NCBI GenBank assembly: GCA_038230375.1
Contig: JBBRNJ010000069.1
Location: 1-46,739, forward strand
Reading direction: 5' to 3'
Source of the DNA: Polyangiales bacterium
Lineage (GTDB): Bacteria; Myxococcota_A; Polyangia; Polyangiales; Polyangiaceae
DNA: 46,739 nt
Shown: piece by piece, positions 26,306 to 35,464 of the stretch
Layout: every line of letters starts with the position of its first letter
Numbering within the stretch: position 1 is the first letter of the stretch
Translations under genes and position numbers: made by a program
Notes under the pieces: generated by a model
What the model was told of the DNA's origin: nothing
The model's database searches: none
Seen by the model: only the letters and a program-made list of their open reading frames with translations

Positions 26306-26875
26306 ATGTCACTACTCATGCGCGGTATGCAGGGCGAGCCGGTGCGGATTCTCCAGCAAAAGCTGGGGGTCGACGCGGACGGCGTGTTCGGCGTCAAGAC
26401 CGACGAAGCGCTGCGCGCCTATCAATCGGAGAACTCGCTGGCCGTCGACGGCCTGGCTGGCCCCGACACGTTCATGCACATGGGTCTCTACGAGCTCATT
26501 CTCCTGACCCAGCACACCAAGGGTGAGGCGGTGAAGAAGGTCCAGACCGCGCTCGGTGTGGAAGCGGACGGCAAGTACGGCCCGGCCACAGGCGCCGCCG
26601 TGAAGAAGTTCCAGGGCGAGCAGGGCCTCACCGCGGACGGCGTCGCGGGGCCACTGACCCTCGCCAAGATCTCGGGCTTCGAGATCTCCGAGGAGCAGGT
26701 CGCCGCAGCCACCATCACCGATGACACACCTCCGGTCGACGCCTCCGCCGCAGAGCGGGCCGCACAGACGGAGCCCGCCCCGCCCGAGGAGCACAAGAGC
26801 GTCGTCGCGAAGATCGAGGACACCGTCGCGGCCGTCGGCAAGTCGATCTGGACCACCGTGAAGAGCATCCTCTGA
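26306..26875 (+). CDS. Peptidoglycan-binding repeat protein without catalytic domain
   Basis: AAGGAG RBS; repeated PG_binding_1-type motifs (LGVDADGVFGVKT, YQSENSLAVDGLAGPDT, LGVEADGKYGPAT, FQGEQGLTADGVAGPLT). Confidence 0.88.
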   Translation: MSLLMRGMQGEPVRILQQKLGVDADGVFGVKTDEALRAYQSENSLAVDGLAGPDTFMHMGLYELILLTQHTKGEAVKKVQTALGVEADGKYGPATGAAVKKFQGEQGLTADGVAGPLTLAKISGFEISEEQVAAATITDDTPPVDASAAERAAQTEPAPPEEHKSVVAKIEDTVAAVGKSIWTTVKSIL

Positions 26876-26888
26876 AGGAGAGAAGAAG

Positions 26889-27290
26889 ATGGACATCCAA
26901 GAGCTCGCGCAGTCTTTTCTAGGGTCGGAGCACGGTCAGCAAGCGCTTGCGGCGCTGACGTCCCAAGGCATCTCCCAAGAGGACGCGACCACCATGCTCG
27001 GGCATGCGGCGCAGGCTGGCGCCGACCACGTCCATGACCATGCAGACAGCGGCGGCATCCTGGGTCAGCACCCGGGGCGGAACTTCTTCGCTGCGTTCGC
27101 GGCGGGCCTCGTGAAGGGCGACAGCGTGCTCGAAGCGCTCGAGGACGGCGCCGCGGGCGTCGTGACGGCGAAGGTGGCAGAGGTGCTGTGCGACAAGATG
27201 GGGCTCGACCCGAACGTCGCGGCCACCGTCGCTGCAACGGCCACGCCCTTCGTCATGGGCTTTCTCCGCGAGCATCTCAAGGGGAGCTGA
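26889..27290 (+). CDS. Hypothetical helical protein
   Basis: GGAGAGAAG RBS, 13 nt after the PG-binding gene; 133 aa, Ala-rich. Confidence 0.75.
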   Translation: MDIQELAQSFLGSEHGQQALAALTSQGISQEDATTMLGHAAQAGADHVHDHADSGGILGQHPGRNFFAAFAAGLVKGDSVLEALEDGAAGVVTAKVAEVLCDKMGLDPNVAATVAATATPFVMGFLREHLKGS

Positions 27291-27295
27291 ACACC

Positions 27296-28678
27296 GTGCG
27301 GCGCTTCGCGATCGCGATCGGGCGCGTCGCGCTCTTCTCGGCCTGCGCGTGCGGCCCTGGCGCAAAGGGGCCGGGCGGCGGCGGAGAGGGACGCGTGTGC
27401 GTCATCCAGCTGGCCGACCGGCCTCCCATCAATCCGATCAGCGCACCGGCGCTCGCGGAACCTCCGTTCGCCGCGCCGCCGTCCACCATCGTGGTCCATG
27501 TGCAGATCCCGGTGGCGATGGTGCAGCGCGCGCTCGAGGGCAAGGTGCCGCACCGCGTGGCGGAGGAGAAGGACCACGACCTCGGCATCGCCGGTCGGCT
27601 GGAATACACGGCGGATCGCGGGCCGTTCCGCGTCTCCGCAAAGGGCGACGCGCTCCTTGTCGCCACCACCGTCGACATCTCGGCACGCGCCTGCGCCAAG
27701 GGCAGCTGCTTCGCCAGCTGCGAGCCCCGCGCCGAGGTGACGGCGCACGTGCCGCTCCGACTAGGTGCAGACTACAAGTTCAAGAACCCCACCGTGACCA
27801 TCGCCCTCACGCGCGGGTGTCAGGTGCGCGCGCTCGGCGGCTTCGCCACGATCGACGTGTCACCCCAGATCGACGCCGAGCTGCAGGCCGTACGTCCGCG
27901 CCTGGAGCAGCAGATCCGCGCCGAGCTGCCGGACCTGCGTCCGGAGACGGAGCGCATGTGGAAGGATCTGGTTCACGCGCGACCCATGCCGCTCGGCGCG
28001 TGCATGCGCGTGCTGCCAGAGGCGATCGTGCAGGGCAAGCCTTCCGGCGAAGGCGACACCGCCAACCTGTCGTTCGCCCTGATCGCGCATCCAGAGCTCC
28101 AGACACGCTGCGGCGACGACCCGTTCATGCCAAGGCTTCCTCCGCTCAAAGACGACGACTCGCTCGCGCGCGAAGGCTCTATCTATCTCTCCGTCGTGCT
28201 GCCAAAGGAGGCGCCCGCCGCATCCATGGAAGGCGCCAACGTCGATCTGGGAAGCGCGCACGCCCATATCGGGCACGCGGATGGCGCCACGACGCAAGGT
28301 TTGTCGCTGCAGGTCACCGGTGAGGCATGCGGCACCGTGACGGTCCAGTCGCCAGGCGCCGCGTGGATGCCGGATGGGCATTCGGTACACCTTGCGCGCA
28401 CGGTGCTCTTGCCGGGCGAGCCAGAGCGATTCGCCGCCGCGCACGCCGAGCCCGACGCCTGGCTCCGCGGTCTCGAGAAGCTACCCATCCCGGTCCCGGT
28501 CTCCGCCGCCGAGATCGGCACCATGCTTCCCGATCTCGCGAAGGCGGAGAGCAGCCCCAAGCTGGACGTCTCCGCCACCATCAGCTCCACCGCCGCCGAC
28601 AGCGCCGGCCTCCGAGGCCGCGGCGAAGTCATCGCCGTCACGCTCATCAAAGGCGCCGTGACCCTCCGCCCCAGGTGA
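27296..28678 (+). CDS. Exported lipoprotein, DUF4403-like
   Basis: GTG start; ALFSACAC lipobox-like; PPSTIVVHVQIPV...LEGKVP N-terminal pattern recalls DUF4403 (from memory). Confidence 0.7.
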   Translation: MRRFAIAIGRVALFSACACGPGAKGPGGGGEGRVCVIQLADRPPINPISAPALAEPPFAAPPSTIVVHVQIPVAMVQRALEGKVPHRVAEEKDHDLGIAGRLEYTADRGPFRVSAKGDALLVATTVDISARACAKGSCFASCEPRAEVTAHVPLRLGADYKFKNPTVTIALTRGCQVRALGGFATIDVSPQIDAELQAVRPRLEQQIRAELPDLRPETERMWKDLVHARPMPLGACMRVLPEAIVQGKPSGEGDTANLSFALIAHPELQTRCGDDPFMPRLPPLKDDDSLAREGSIYLSVVLPKEAPAASMEGANVDLGSAHAHIGHADGATTQGLSLQVTGEACGTVTVQSPGAAWMPDGHSVHLARTVLLPGEPERFAAAHAEPDAWLRGLEKLPIPVPVSAAEIGTMLPDLAKAESSPKLDVSATISSTAADSAGLRGRGEVIAVTLIKGAVTLRPR

Positions 28679-28694
28679 GGGCCGAAATTCTCTC

Positions 28695-30593
28695 TCAGGC
28701 GAAGGCGGAGATGCGCTGCGGCTCGACGGTCTCGCGCGAGTCGCGGGGCTCGAGCTCGCGTGTGCTCTCTCGCTTCTTCGGAAGCCGGAGCGTGATCTTC
28801 GTTCCCTTGCCGGTGTCCCCCGCCGCGCATTGAATCTCGCCGCCGTGGGCTTCCACGATCTGCCTGCAGAGGTAGAGGCCCATTCCGGCGCCGCGCGGAC
28901 CGTGCGACGGCTCGTTGCCCTCTCTCTGGTGCTCCACGCGGAAGTACTTCTCGAAGACGCGCTCGCGATACTCCGCCGGAACACCGGGCCCTTCGTCGGT
29001 CACCGCGACCTCCACGGAGTCCCCAGCGTCGCGCAGACACACGTCGATGGTGGTCTCGGGCGGGCTGTATTTCAGCGCATTCGACACGACATTCGACAGC
29101 ACCACGAAGAGCCGCGCGATGTCTCCCTCTACAGTCGCGCCGTTCGACTCGTCGCGGATCGGCATGGTGACCTCGGCGTCGCGCGCACGTGTGGACAGCG
29201 AGGCCAGGGTTTCCTTCGCCAGCGCTGCCACGGTGAAGCGCTCGCGCCGGAGGCGAATGTTGCCCGTCTCCGCGTGCGCCAACTCGAGCATGGCGTCCAC
29301 GGTCTGACCGAGCTGGTCGCAGCCCGCGAGCGCGGTGCGCAGCATCTCCTCCTCGTGTGGGCTGCGCGTCGTCGCGGACTCACTCAGCAGCGACAGCATC
29401 ATGCGCAGCGTGGTGAGCGGGGTGCGAAGCTCGTGCGACGCCGCCGCCACGAAATCCATGCGCATCTCGTCCAGCCGCGACAGGTCGGTCACGTCAGACA
29501 GGACGATCACGCGCAGGTTCCCCGTGGTCGGACCGTCCACGAGTGCGATCAGTCTGCGTTCGTCTCGACCCTCGCGCACCTTCACCGCACGATCCAGCTG
29601 CACGCCCTGTCCCGCAAGCTTGATCGCCTGCGCGATCTTTGCGCCGTCCGGCGTCGCCGCGAGCGCGGTGAGATCCGCCGGCACCTTGCCGCATGCAGCC
29701 GAGAAGATCGCTGTGGCGCGACCGTTGGCGGCCTCCACGCGACCGTCGTCGTGCACCAGCACAACCGCGTCCGGCAGCGCCGCCAGCGTGGCCTCCAGCG
29801 TGGCCTTCGCGCGAATGACCTCGCCAAGCTTGGACGCAGAGAACTTCCCCAGAGCATCCGCCATGCGGTTGTAGCCGGCGGCCAGTGCACCGATCTCGTC
29901 GTCGCGCTCGATGACGACGCGACGATCGAATGCGCCCTCGCGCACGGCGTCCACGTTCTCGGTGAGCGACCGGATCGGGCGCAGGATGGACCGCGCGAGC
30001 TGTACGGACACGGCGAGCGAAAGGAGGAGCGCAGCGATGGACACCAGCATCACGAGTCGCTTCGCCCGCTGCGCTTCATCCCTCGCCCAGCCAGCCGTGT
30101 GCCGGATCTCGCGCAGCTCGTCTGCGCGAAGGTGCGCAAGGTCGATGACCGCAACGCGCATCGACTGCGTCACCTCGCCATCGTAGGTGGCGCGCGCCGA
30201 AGCCAGGTCGGTGCGCCCGAGGAGCGCATCGCCATTGCGGCGAAACAGGTCCATGTGTCGCGAGAGGCTGTCGATGGTCGCGCGCTCTTCGTTCGTCATG
30301 GCAGACGATGAGAGCGCTGCAAACGCCTTGTCGAAGCGACGCTGCTCCGCGTGACGACGCGCGAGCTGCGGCGCGCGATCACCGGCCATGGCCAGGATCA
30401 GCGCATCGTCCTCGTCCTCGAGCGCCGAGCCCAGGATGCCGATGAGCTCGCCCTTTTGCTCGTCCTTCGCGAGCTCCTCGCCCACGCCGCGGCTCACCCG
30501 CATGAACATGTATGCGCAGACGTACCCCATCACCGCCATCACCAGGACGACGAGCGCGCCGGACACGAAGAAACGAGTGCGAAGGCTCCTCAA
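28695..30593 (-). CDS. Sensor histidine kinase (KinB-like: TM-sensor-TM, HAMP, PAS-like, HisKA, HATPase)
   Basis: DEIGALAAGYNRMA (HAMP), ASHELRTPLT (H box), NVVSNALKYS, VTDEGPGV, GAGMGLYLC. Confidence 0.93.
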   Translation of the reverse strand: MRSLRTRFFVSGALVVLVMAVMGYVCAYMFMRVSRGVGEELAKDEQKGELIGILGSALEDEDDALILAMAGDRAPQLARRHAEQRRFDKAFAALSSSAMTNEERATIDSLSRHMDLFRRNGDALLGRTDLASARATYDGEVTQSMRVAVIDLAHLRADELREIRHTAGWARDEAQRAKRLVMLVSIAALLLSLAVSVQLARSILRPIRSLTENVDAVREGAFDRRVVIERDDEIGALAAGYNRMADALGKFSASKLGEVIRAKATLEATLAALPDAVVLVHDDGRVEAANGRATAIFSAACGKVPADLTALAATPDGAKIAQAIKLAGQGVQLDRAVKVREGRDERRLIALVDGPTTGNLRVIVLSDVTDLSRLDEMRMDFVAAASHELRTPLTTLRMMLSLLSESATTRSPHEEEMLRTALAGCDQLGQTVDAMLELAHAETGNIRLRRERFTVAALAKETLASLSTRARDAEVTMPIRDESNGATVEGDIARLFVVLSNVVSNALKYSPPETTIDVCLRDAGDSVEVAVTDEGPGVPAEYRERVFEKYFRVEHQREGNEPSHGPRGAGMGLYLCRQIVEAHGGEIQCAAGDTGKGTKITLRLPKKRESTRELEPRDSRETVEPQRISAFA

Positions 30594-30603
30594 CGGGGAC
30601 CCC

Positions 30604-31971
30604 TCACGCCAGCCCGTAGCGCTTGCGCTTGCGCTGGAGCGTGGTGCTGTCGATGCTGAGCGTACGCGCCGCTGCTTCCAGCGTGGGTGCGCGGGCGATC
30701 ACGCGTGCGATGTGCTCGCGCTCCACATCTTCCAGCGACGCCTCGTCGCCCAGCTTCACGCTACGCCGCACGGACCCAGGATCCTTCGCGCGCAAGAGCC
30801 CCAGGTCCTCCGGCTCGATCAGATCTGCGGGCGACAGGATCACGGCGCGCTCCACCGCATTCCGCAGCTCGCGCAGGTTGCCCGGCCAGACGCACGCACC
30901 GATGGCCGACGTCGAGGCCGGAGACAGCGACATCTGCGGGCGCCCGTGCGCGTCCGCGAAGCTATGCAGGAAGTGGACTGCGAACGGCACCACGTCCTCC
31001 GGTCGCTCGCGCAGCGGCATGAGCCGCAGCTCCACCACATTGAGCCGGAAAAACAGGTCCTCGCGGAAGCGTCCCGCGGCCACCTCTGCGCGCAGATCCT
31101 TGTTCGATGCAGCGACGAGCCGCACGTCCGCGCGACGCTCCGCGGTCTCGCCGAGGCGCTCATAGGTGCGGTCGTTCAGGAAGCGAAGGAGCCGCGCTTG
31201 CGCATCGGGGCAGAGGTCGCCGATCTCGTCCAGGAAGAGCGTGCCGCCGGCCGCCGCTTCTACCTTGCCGGCCGCATCCGCGATCGCGCCGGTGAAGGAG
31301 CCCTTCTTGTGACCGAAGAGCGCGCTGGTCATCATGTCGGAGGACAGCGTCGGGCAGTTGACCGCGACGAACGGCGCCTTCGCGCGCGGGCTCTTGTCGT
31401 GAAGGAACTTCGCCAGGATGTTCTTGCCGGTGCCGCTCTCGCCCGAGAGCATGACGACGCAGTCGGCGCCAGCAGCGCGCTCCGCGGTCTTCAGCAGCGC
31501 GGCAAACTGCGCGTTCTCGGAGGAGAAGTAGCCGGACACCTCGGCCTGCGTCAGCTCCACGGCGCGATCGACCTCGTTCTTCTTGTCGCGCGCGGTCTGC
31601 ACCACACGCCGCGTTGCCTCGCGGACCTGCGTCGGCGTGAACGGCTTCGGCAGGTAGTCCACCGCACCCAGCTTCATCGCGGACACAGCGGTCTCGAACG
31701 ACGCGAAGGCCGTGATGACGACGACAGCGATCCCGCGCTGGCGTCTCACGATCTCCGACAGCAACTCGAGGCCCGACTCCGCGCCGAGCCACAGGTCCAG
31801 GAGGACCACGTCGAAGCGGCTGCGTTCCAGTGCCTCCAGCGCTCCGCTCGACGTCGATACGCCGAGCACACGGGCTCCATCAGCTTCCAGGCACAGGCGG
31901 AGCGACTGCCTCACGCCAGCGTCGTCGTCCACGATCAGTGCGGCAGATTCGGTGAGTTGTCCCATGTTCAT
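30604..31971 (-). CDS. Sigma54-dependent response regulator (AlgB/NtrC-like)
   Basis: Receiver (LIVDDD, LLDLWL, YLPKPF), Walker A GESGTGK, GSFTGA loop, FLDEIGD, FREDLFFRLNV, WPGNLRELRN, C-terminal HTH. Start 31971 or 31965. Confidence 0.93.
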   Translation of the reverse strand: MNMGQLTESAALIVDDDAGVRQSLRLCLEADGARVLGVSTSSGALEALERSRFDVVLLDLWLGAESGLELLSEIVRRQRGIAVVVITAFASFETAVSAMKLGAVDYLPKPFTPTQVREATRRVVQTARDKKNEVDRAVELTQAEVSGYFSSENAQFAALLKTAERAAGADCVVMLSGESGTGKNILAKFLHDKSPRAKAPFVAVNCPTLSSDMMTSALFGHKKGSFTGAIADAAGKVEAAAGGTLFLDEIGDLCPDAQARLLRFLNDRTYERLGETAERRADVRLVAASNKDLRAEVAAGRFREDLFFRLNVVELRLMPLRERPEDVVPFAVHFLHSFADAHGRPQMSLSPASTSAIGACVWPGNLRELRNAVERAVILSPADLIEPEDLGLLRAKDPGSVRRSVKLGDEASLEDVEREHIARVIARAPTLEAAARTLSIDSTTLQRKRKRYGLA

Positions 31972-32243
31972 GCCTTCACTCCCTACGGTCGTTCGACATA
32001 GTCGCGTGCTTCGCCCCTGCGGGCTCACGCCTACGTTCATGGCTGTCTACAGACGGGTCCCTTCTCACCTTCCGCGGGTGACGGCGTCATAATGCGCGCG
32101 TAATCCCTTGTTTTCCCGGGTCCGAGGCTGCCCTGCGCGAGCTTTCCCGCCTGGCGCAAGCACGACGGACCCGGGTGTCCCGGCGTATTGCCGGGTCAAT
32201 AAATCGCTCGCCGCCGTAATCTTGGCGCGCCCCTTTTGGGGAA

Positions 32244-33428
32244 TCAGAGCCCGGAGCTGGTCTTGACCGAGGCCGTCTTGTTGGCGGACCGCTTGTCCAT
32301 TCCAAGCTCGGTGGCCGCCTGCTTGGTCTCGCTGTCGACCGCAGCTGCGTCCGCCACGGGCGGTCGGCCGCCGCCGCCCCACATGTTGTTGAACGCACTC
32401 GCGTGAGGGAAGAGGAACTGCGGCGCGCGCGACCAATCGCCGAGCAGGATCGTGGTGCCGTTGCCTCCGAGCTTGCCGAGCGCCTCGTACGCCGCGAGCT
32501 GTACGGTGAGCGGCGACACCGCCTGCGTCTGCGCGCGGTTCTCTTCCGCATGCGCCTTCGCCAGGATCATGAGCTCCTGCGCCTGACCCTTCGCGCGAAC
32601 GACGCGCGTCTCTGCCTCCGCCGTTGCCTGGATCTTGTCGATGGCCGCTTGCTCCGTCGCCATCTGACGCTGGTTCTTCTTCTGCAGGAGCTCGAGCTCC
32701 ACCTTCCGCTTCTCCGACTCCGACTCGAGCTCGATCTTGCGCTTCTGCTGCACGCCATCGAGCTCCTCTTTCATCTTCTGCTGCGCGGCCTGGTTCTCGA
32801 GCATCGTGCGCTGGCGCAGCGCCTCGTTCTCGAGCCCAGCCTTCTGGCGCACGGACTCCTGCTCACCGACGAGCTTCTGGCGAACCGCGGCTGCGATCTC
32901 CGGCGCGTAGTCCACGCCTTCGATCGTGATCGACTCGATCGACACGTGCTTGCCGTGCGTGCGACGGCGCAGATCCGCCTCGATCTCGTCCTCGATCTTC
33001 TCGTTCTTCGAGAGCAGCTCCGCGTACGCGTGGTGCGCGAACACGCCACGCGAGGCGCTACGGAGCTCCGGTCCGATGACCTCGTCGTAGTAGTTCGGGC
33101 CGATCTCGGCGTCCAGCTGGTACAGCTCCTCGGCGATCGGGCGATAGATCACGGACATCCGGATGTCCATCTGCAGGCCTTCCATCGACGGCGTCGAGAT
33201 GCCCTCGTGCTTGGTCGAGTACGTGATGTCGAAGTCGTCGAGGCGACCGCAGTCGCGCATGAAGCACCAGCCGAGGCCGTGCTGACCGGGGAGCAAGCGC
33301 TCGTGGGCAAGGCCGCCACCGTGCGGGTCGAAGCGAAGCGCCTGGTGGCCAGGCTGGACGGTCTCGTAAGCGCAGCCCGACGTGAGCGTCAGGAGCGCGA
33401 GGACAAAAGCAGATCCCTTGATGTTCAT
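32244..33428 (-). CDS. SPFH/prohibitin (band 7) domain lipoprotein
   Basis: GGAGGAG RBS; MNIKGSAFVLALLTLTSGC lipobox; TVQPGHQAL, EIGPNYYDEVIGPELRSASR, IAAAVRQKL, then a long E/Q/K/A coiled coil. Confidence 0.88.
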   Translation of the reverse strand: MNIKGSAFVLALLTLTSGCAYETVQPGHQALRFDPHGGGLAHERLLPGQHGLGWCFMRDCGRLDDFDITYSTKHEGISTPSMEGLQMDIRMSVIYRPIAEELYQLDAEIGPNYYDEVIGPELRSASRGVFAHHAYAELLSKNEKIEDEIEADLRRRTHGKHVSIESITIEGVDYAPEIAAAVRQKLVGEQESVRQKAGLENEALRQRTMLENQAAQQKMKEELDGVQQKRKIELESESEKRKVELELLQKKNQRQMATEQAAIDKIQATAEAETRVVRAKGQAQELMILAKAHAEENRAQTQAVSPLTVQLAAYEALGKLGGNGTTILLGDWSRAPQFLFPHASAFNNMWGGGGRPPVADAAAVDSETKQAATELGMDKRSANKTASVKTSSGL

Positions 33429-33504
33429 GTGAGAGTCTCCTCCGTGTGATGTTGTTGGCGCGCGCGACCTCTGTTTCGTCGCCGCCCGCGCTAGAAAAAC
33501 CGAG

Positions 33505-34074
33505 TCAGAGCGGCAGGCCGCCCATCCATCCGCCCAGATCACGACCGATACGCATCATGCAGGCGTAGACGACGGGACCGCCGTGCTCCACCTCCACCAC
33601 GCCGGCCTGCTGACATCGCGCCTGGGTCTGCGCGAGATAGACGCGGCCCACGCGCGAGCGCAGGGTCGCATTGACGTTCATCGCCATGATCAGGCGACCG
33701 TGCGAATACTCGACATCGGCCTGCATGATCTCGACGGTGAGCTGATAGCCGCCGGGACGGCGCTCCTTGAAGTTGTTTGCAAACGGCGCGGCCGCAGTGG
33801 TGACCGCGATACCAAGCGCCGCCTCCACGTCCTGATAGGCGGTTGTGGAGCCGCGGATGGGCATTGGATCACTGACCGCCGTGGAGCGCGTGACGACCTC
33901 GAGCGGAACCTCCTCGTGCGGCGTTCCGGTGACCGGAATACCCGCCGTGGAAAGTAGTGGAACGACCTCCCTCCCTCCGCAGCCGGAGACAGAGGAGACC
34001 GCGCAGAGAAGAAGGAGCGTCGTGACGGTCTTGGCGATGCTCGTCATTGCGAAAGGCAGAGTCGCAACGTTCAT
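33505..34074 (-). CDS. Hypothetical lipoprotein
   Basis: Probable start 34074 or 34047; TLLLLCAVSSVSGC lipobox; typical codon bias. Confidence 0.7.
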   Translation of the reverse strand: MNVATLPFAMTSIAKTVTTLLLLCAVSSVSGCGGREVVPLLSTAGIPVTGTPHEEVPLEVVTRSTAVSDPMPIRGSTTAYQDVEAALGIAVTTAAAPFANNFKERRPGGYQLTVEIMQADVEYSHGRLIMAMNVNATLRSRVGRVYLAQTQARCQQAGVVEVEHGGPVVYACMMRIGRDLGGWMGGLPL

Positions 34075-34219
34075 GCCCATCGACACCGACCACGCGGACC
34101 ACCGAAGATCGCGGCGTCTCCCGCGATTTTCCCGCGAAGCGCATGCGCACGTCCGTGCAGATTGCGGCATCGATCGCGAAGTGTCGCGGCGTTTTCTCTG
34201 CACGCGTATGCTCCGGGCC

Positions 34220-35449
34220 ATGTGCTGCTTCTCCAGGGCCGTGCCGTTCGTCGGACAGACCAAGATCTTCGCGCGCGGCCTGGCCGACAGCAGGCAGGCG
34301 CTCGTCTACGCCATGAAGGTGGACGTGCTGGAGGAGCTCGCGATGGTGCTGCCCCTCCCCGTTCCGCCGGGTTCTCCCGACGACGCTGTGGAGTTCATCG
34401 ATCTCTCCGGCTACTCCGCGTTCTTCACGGACCTGGCAAAGGCGTTCCCGGAGTGGATCGCAATGTCGGCGCCGCAGGAGCGCAGTGGAGCAGTGCCAAA
34501 GTCGATACCGCTGCGCGTGGTGGAGGTCGGCGCGTTCGAGGCGTCGTTCGTTCCACGCGTCCAGGATTTCTCGCGGCTCGACGAGCGCTTCCGCATGCCG
34601 CGCGGCTTCTTCGACGCGCTACCGATGTACGCCGACTACGGCTTCGCCGTCTTTCGTCTGAAGCCGACCCACGGAGCCCCGCGTCTTGACGTGCATCCCA
34701 TGGCGTTCCGCTTTCCCCGTCGCGACACAAAAAGCCTATTTTTCCCTACTGTCCACGTTCACGACGGCTCGGTTCCGAAGAAGGCGCAGTTCGATCACAA
34801 GCTCACCGCGCAGACGTCTCCCCTCATGACCGCGCTCCTCGGCCAGGGCACACCCGGCCTTTGGACAGCCTCGCCGGGTCCGCTCGGTGCATGCGTCGAC
34901 AGCACGAAGGACCACGGGCTCACCGATGGTACGCAGGGCGGCTACCAGCTTGCCATGTCCGGCGCGCTCCCCAACCACGACATGTGGCTGCGCGAGCCCG
35001 ACGGCCTCACCCTCGCCGACGTCTCGGGCGAAGGCGATGTCTTCTCCTGGCAGCTGCGTGGGGGCGCCGCATTCTCGCCAGAGACGGACCTCCAGCCGCA
35101 TCGTGCATGGGCGGAGACGGCGCGCACGGGGCTGCCGTCGATCGCACGGGCGCTCGGACCAGGACTCGCCGCGCTGGTGAAGCGCTTGTCTGGACAGCTC
35201 TCGTTCGCGCCGCTCTCGGTGGCGAAGGAGCCGCACTTTCTCAACGGACGCCAGCTCTGGACCGGCTCGGACTACATGAACGGCAAGAACGGCGCGGGGC
35301 GCGGACCTGGATACGTGCAGTTTGCACCTTTCACCAAAAAGGTGGAGCCGCAGTCGGTGCGCGTAGGCTTCGCACGAATGCCGGATGAAGCCGGAGTGGA
35401 GGAGATGCTCCGTGGCCTCGAAGGGGTCCTGCAGAGCGCGCTCAACTAG
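34220..35449 (+). CDS. Hypothetical protein (DUF2330-like N-terminal region)
   Basis: ATG 34220 (MCCFSRAV...TKIFAR...QALVYAM...AMVLPLPV...VGAFEASFVP...YGFAVFRL...HPMAFRF...LFFPTVHVHDG). Confidence 0.75.
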   Translation: MCCFSRAVPFVGQTKIFARGLADSRQALVYAMKVDVLEELAMVLPLPVPPGSPDDAVEFIDLSGYSAFFTDLAKAFPEWIAMSAPQERSGAVPKSIPLRVVEVGAFEASFVPRVQDFSRLDERFRMPRGFFDALPMYADYGFAVFRLKPTHGAPRLDVHPMAFRFPRRDTKSLFFPTVHVHDGSVPKKAQFDHKLTAQTSPLMTALLGQGTPGLWTASPGPLGACVDSTKDHGLTDGTQGGYQLAMSGALPNHDMWLREPDGLTLADVSGEGDVFSWQLRGGAAFSPETDLQPHRAWAETARTGLPSIARALGPGLAALVKRLSGQLSFAPLSVAKEPHFLNGRQLWTGSDYMNGKNGAGRGPGYVQFAPFTKKVEPQSVRVGFARMPDEAGVEEMLRGLEGVLQSALN

Positions 35450-35464
35450 ATCACGGCTGTCGAG

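Noticed and set aside
31972..32243. sigma54 -24/-12 promoter or structured ncRNA upstream of the AlgB-like gene
   Set aside because: I found no correctly spaced TGGCAC-N5-TTGC and no recognisable riboswitch or sRNA motif by eye.
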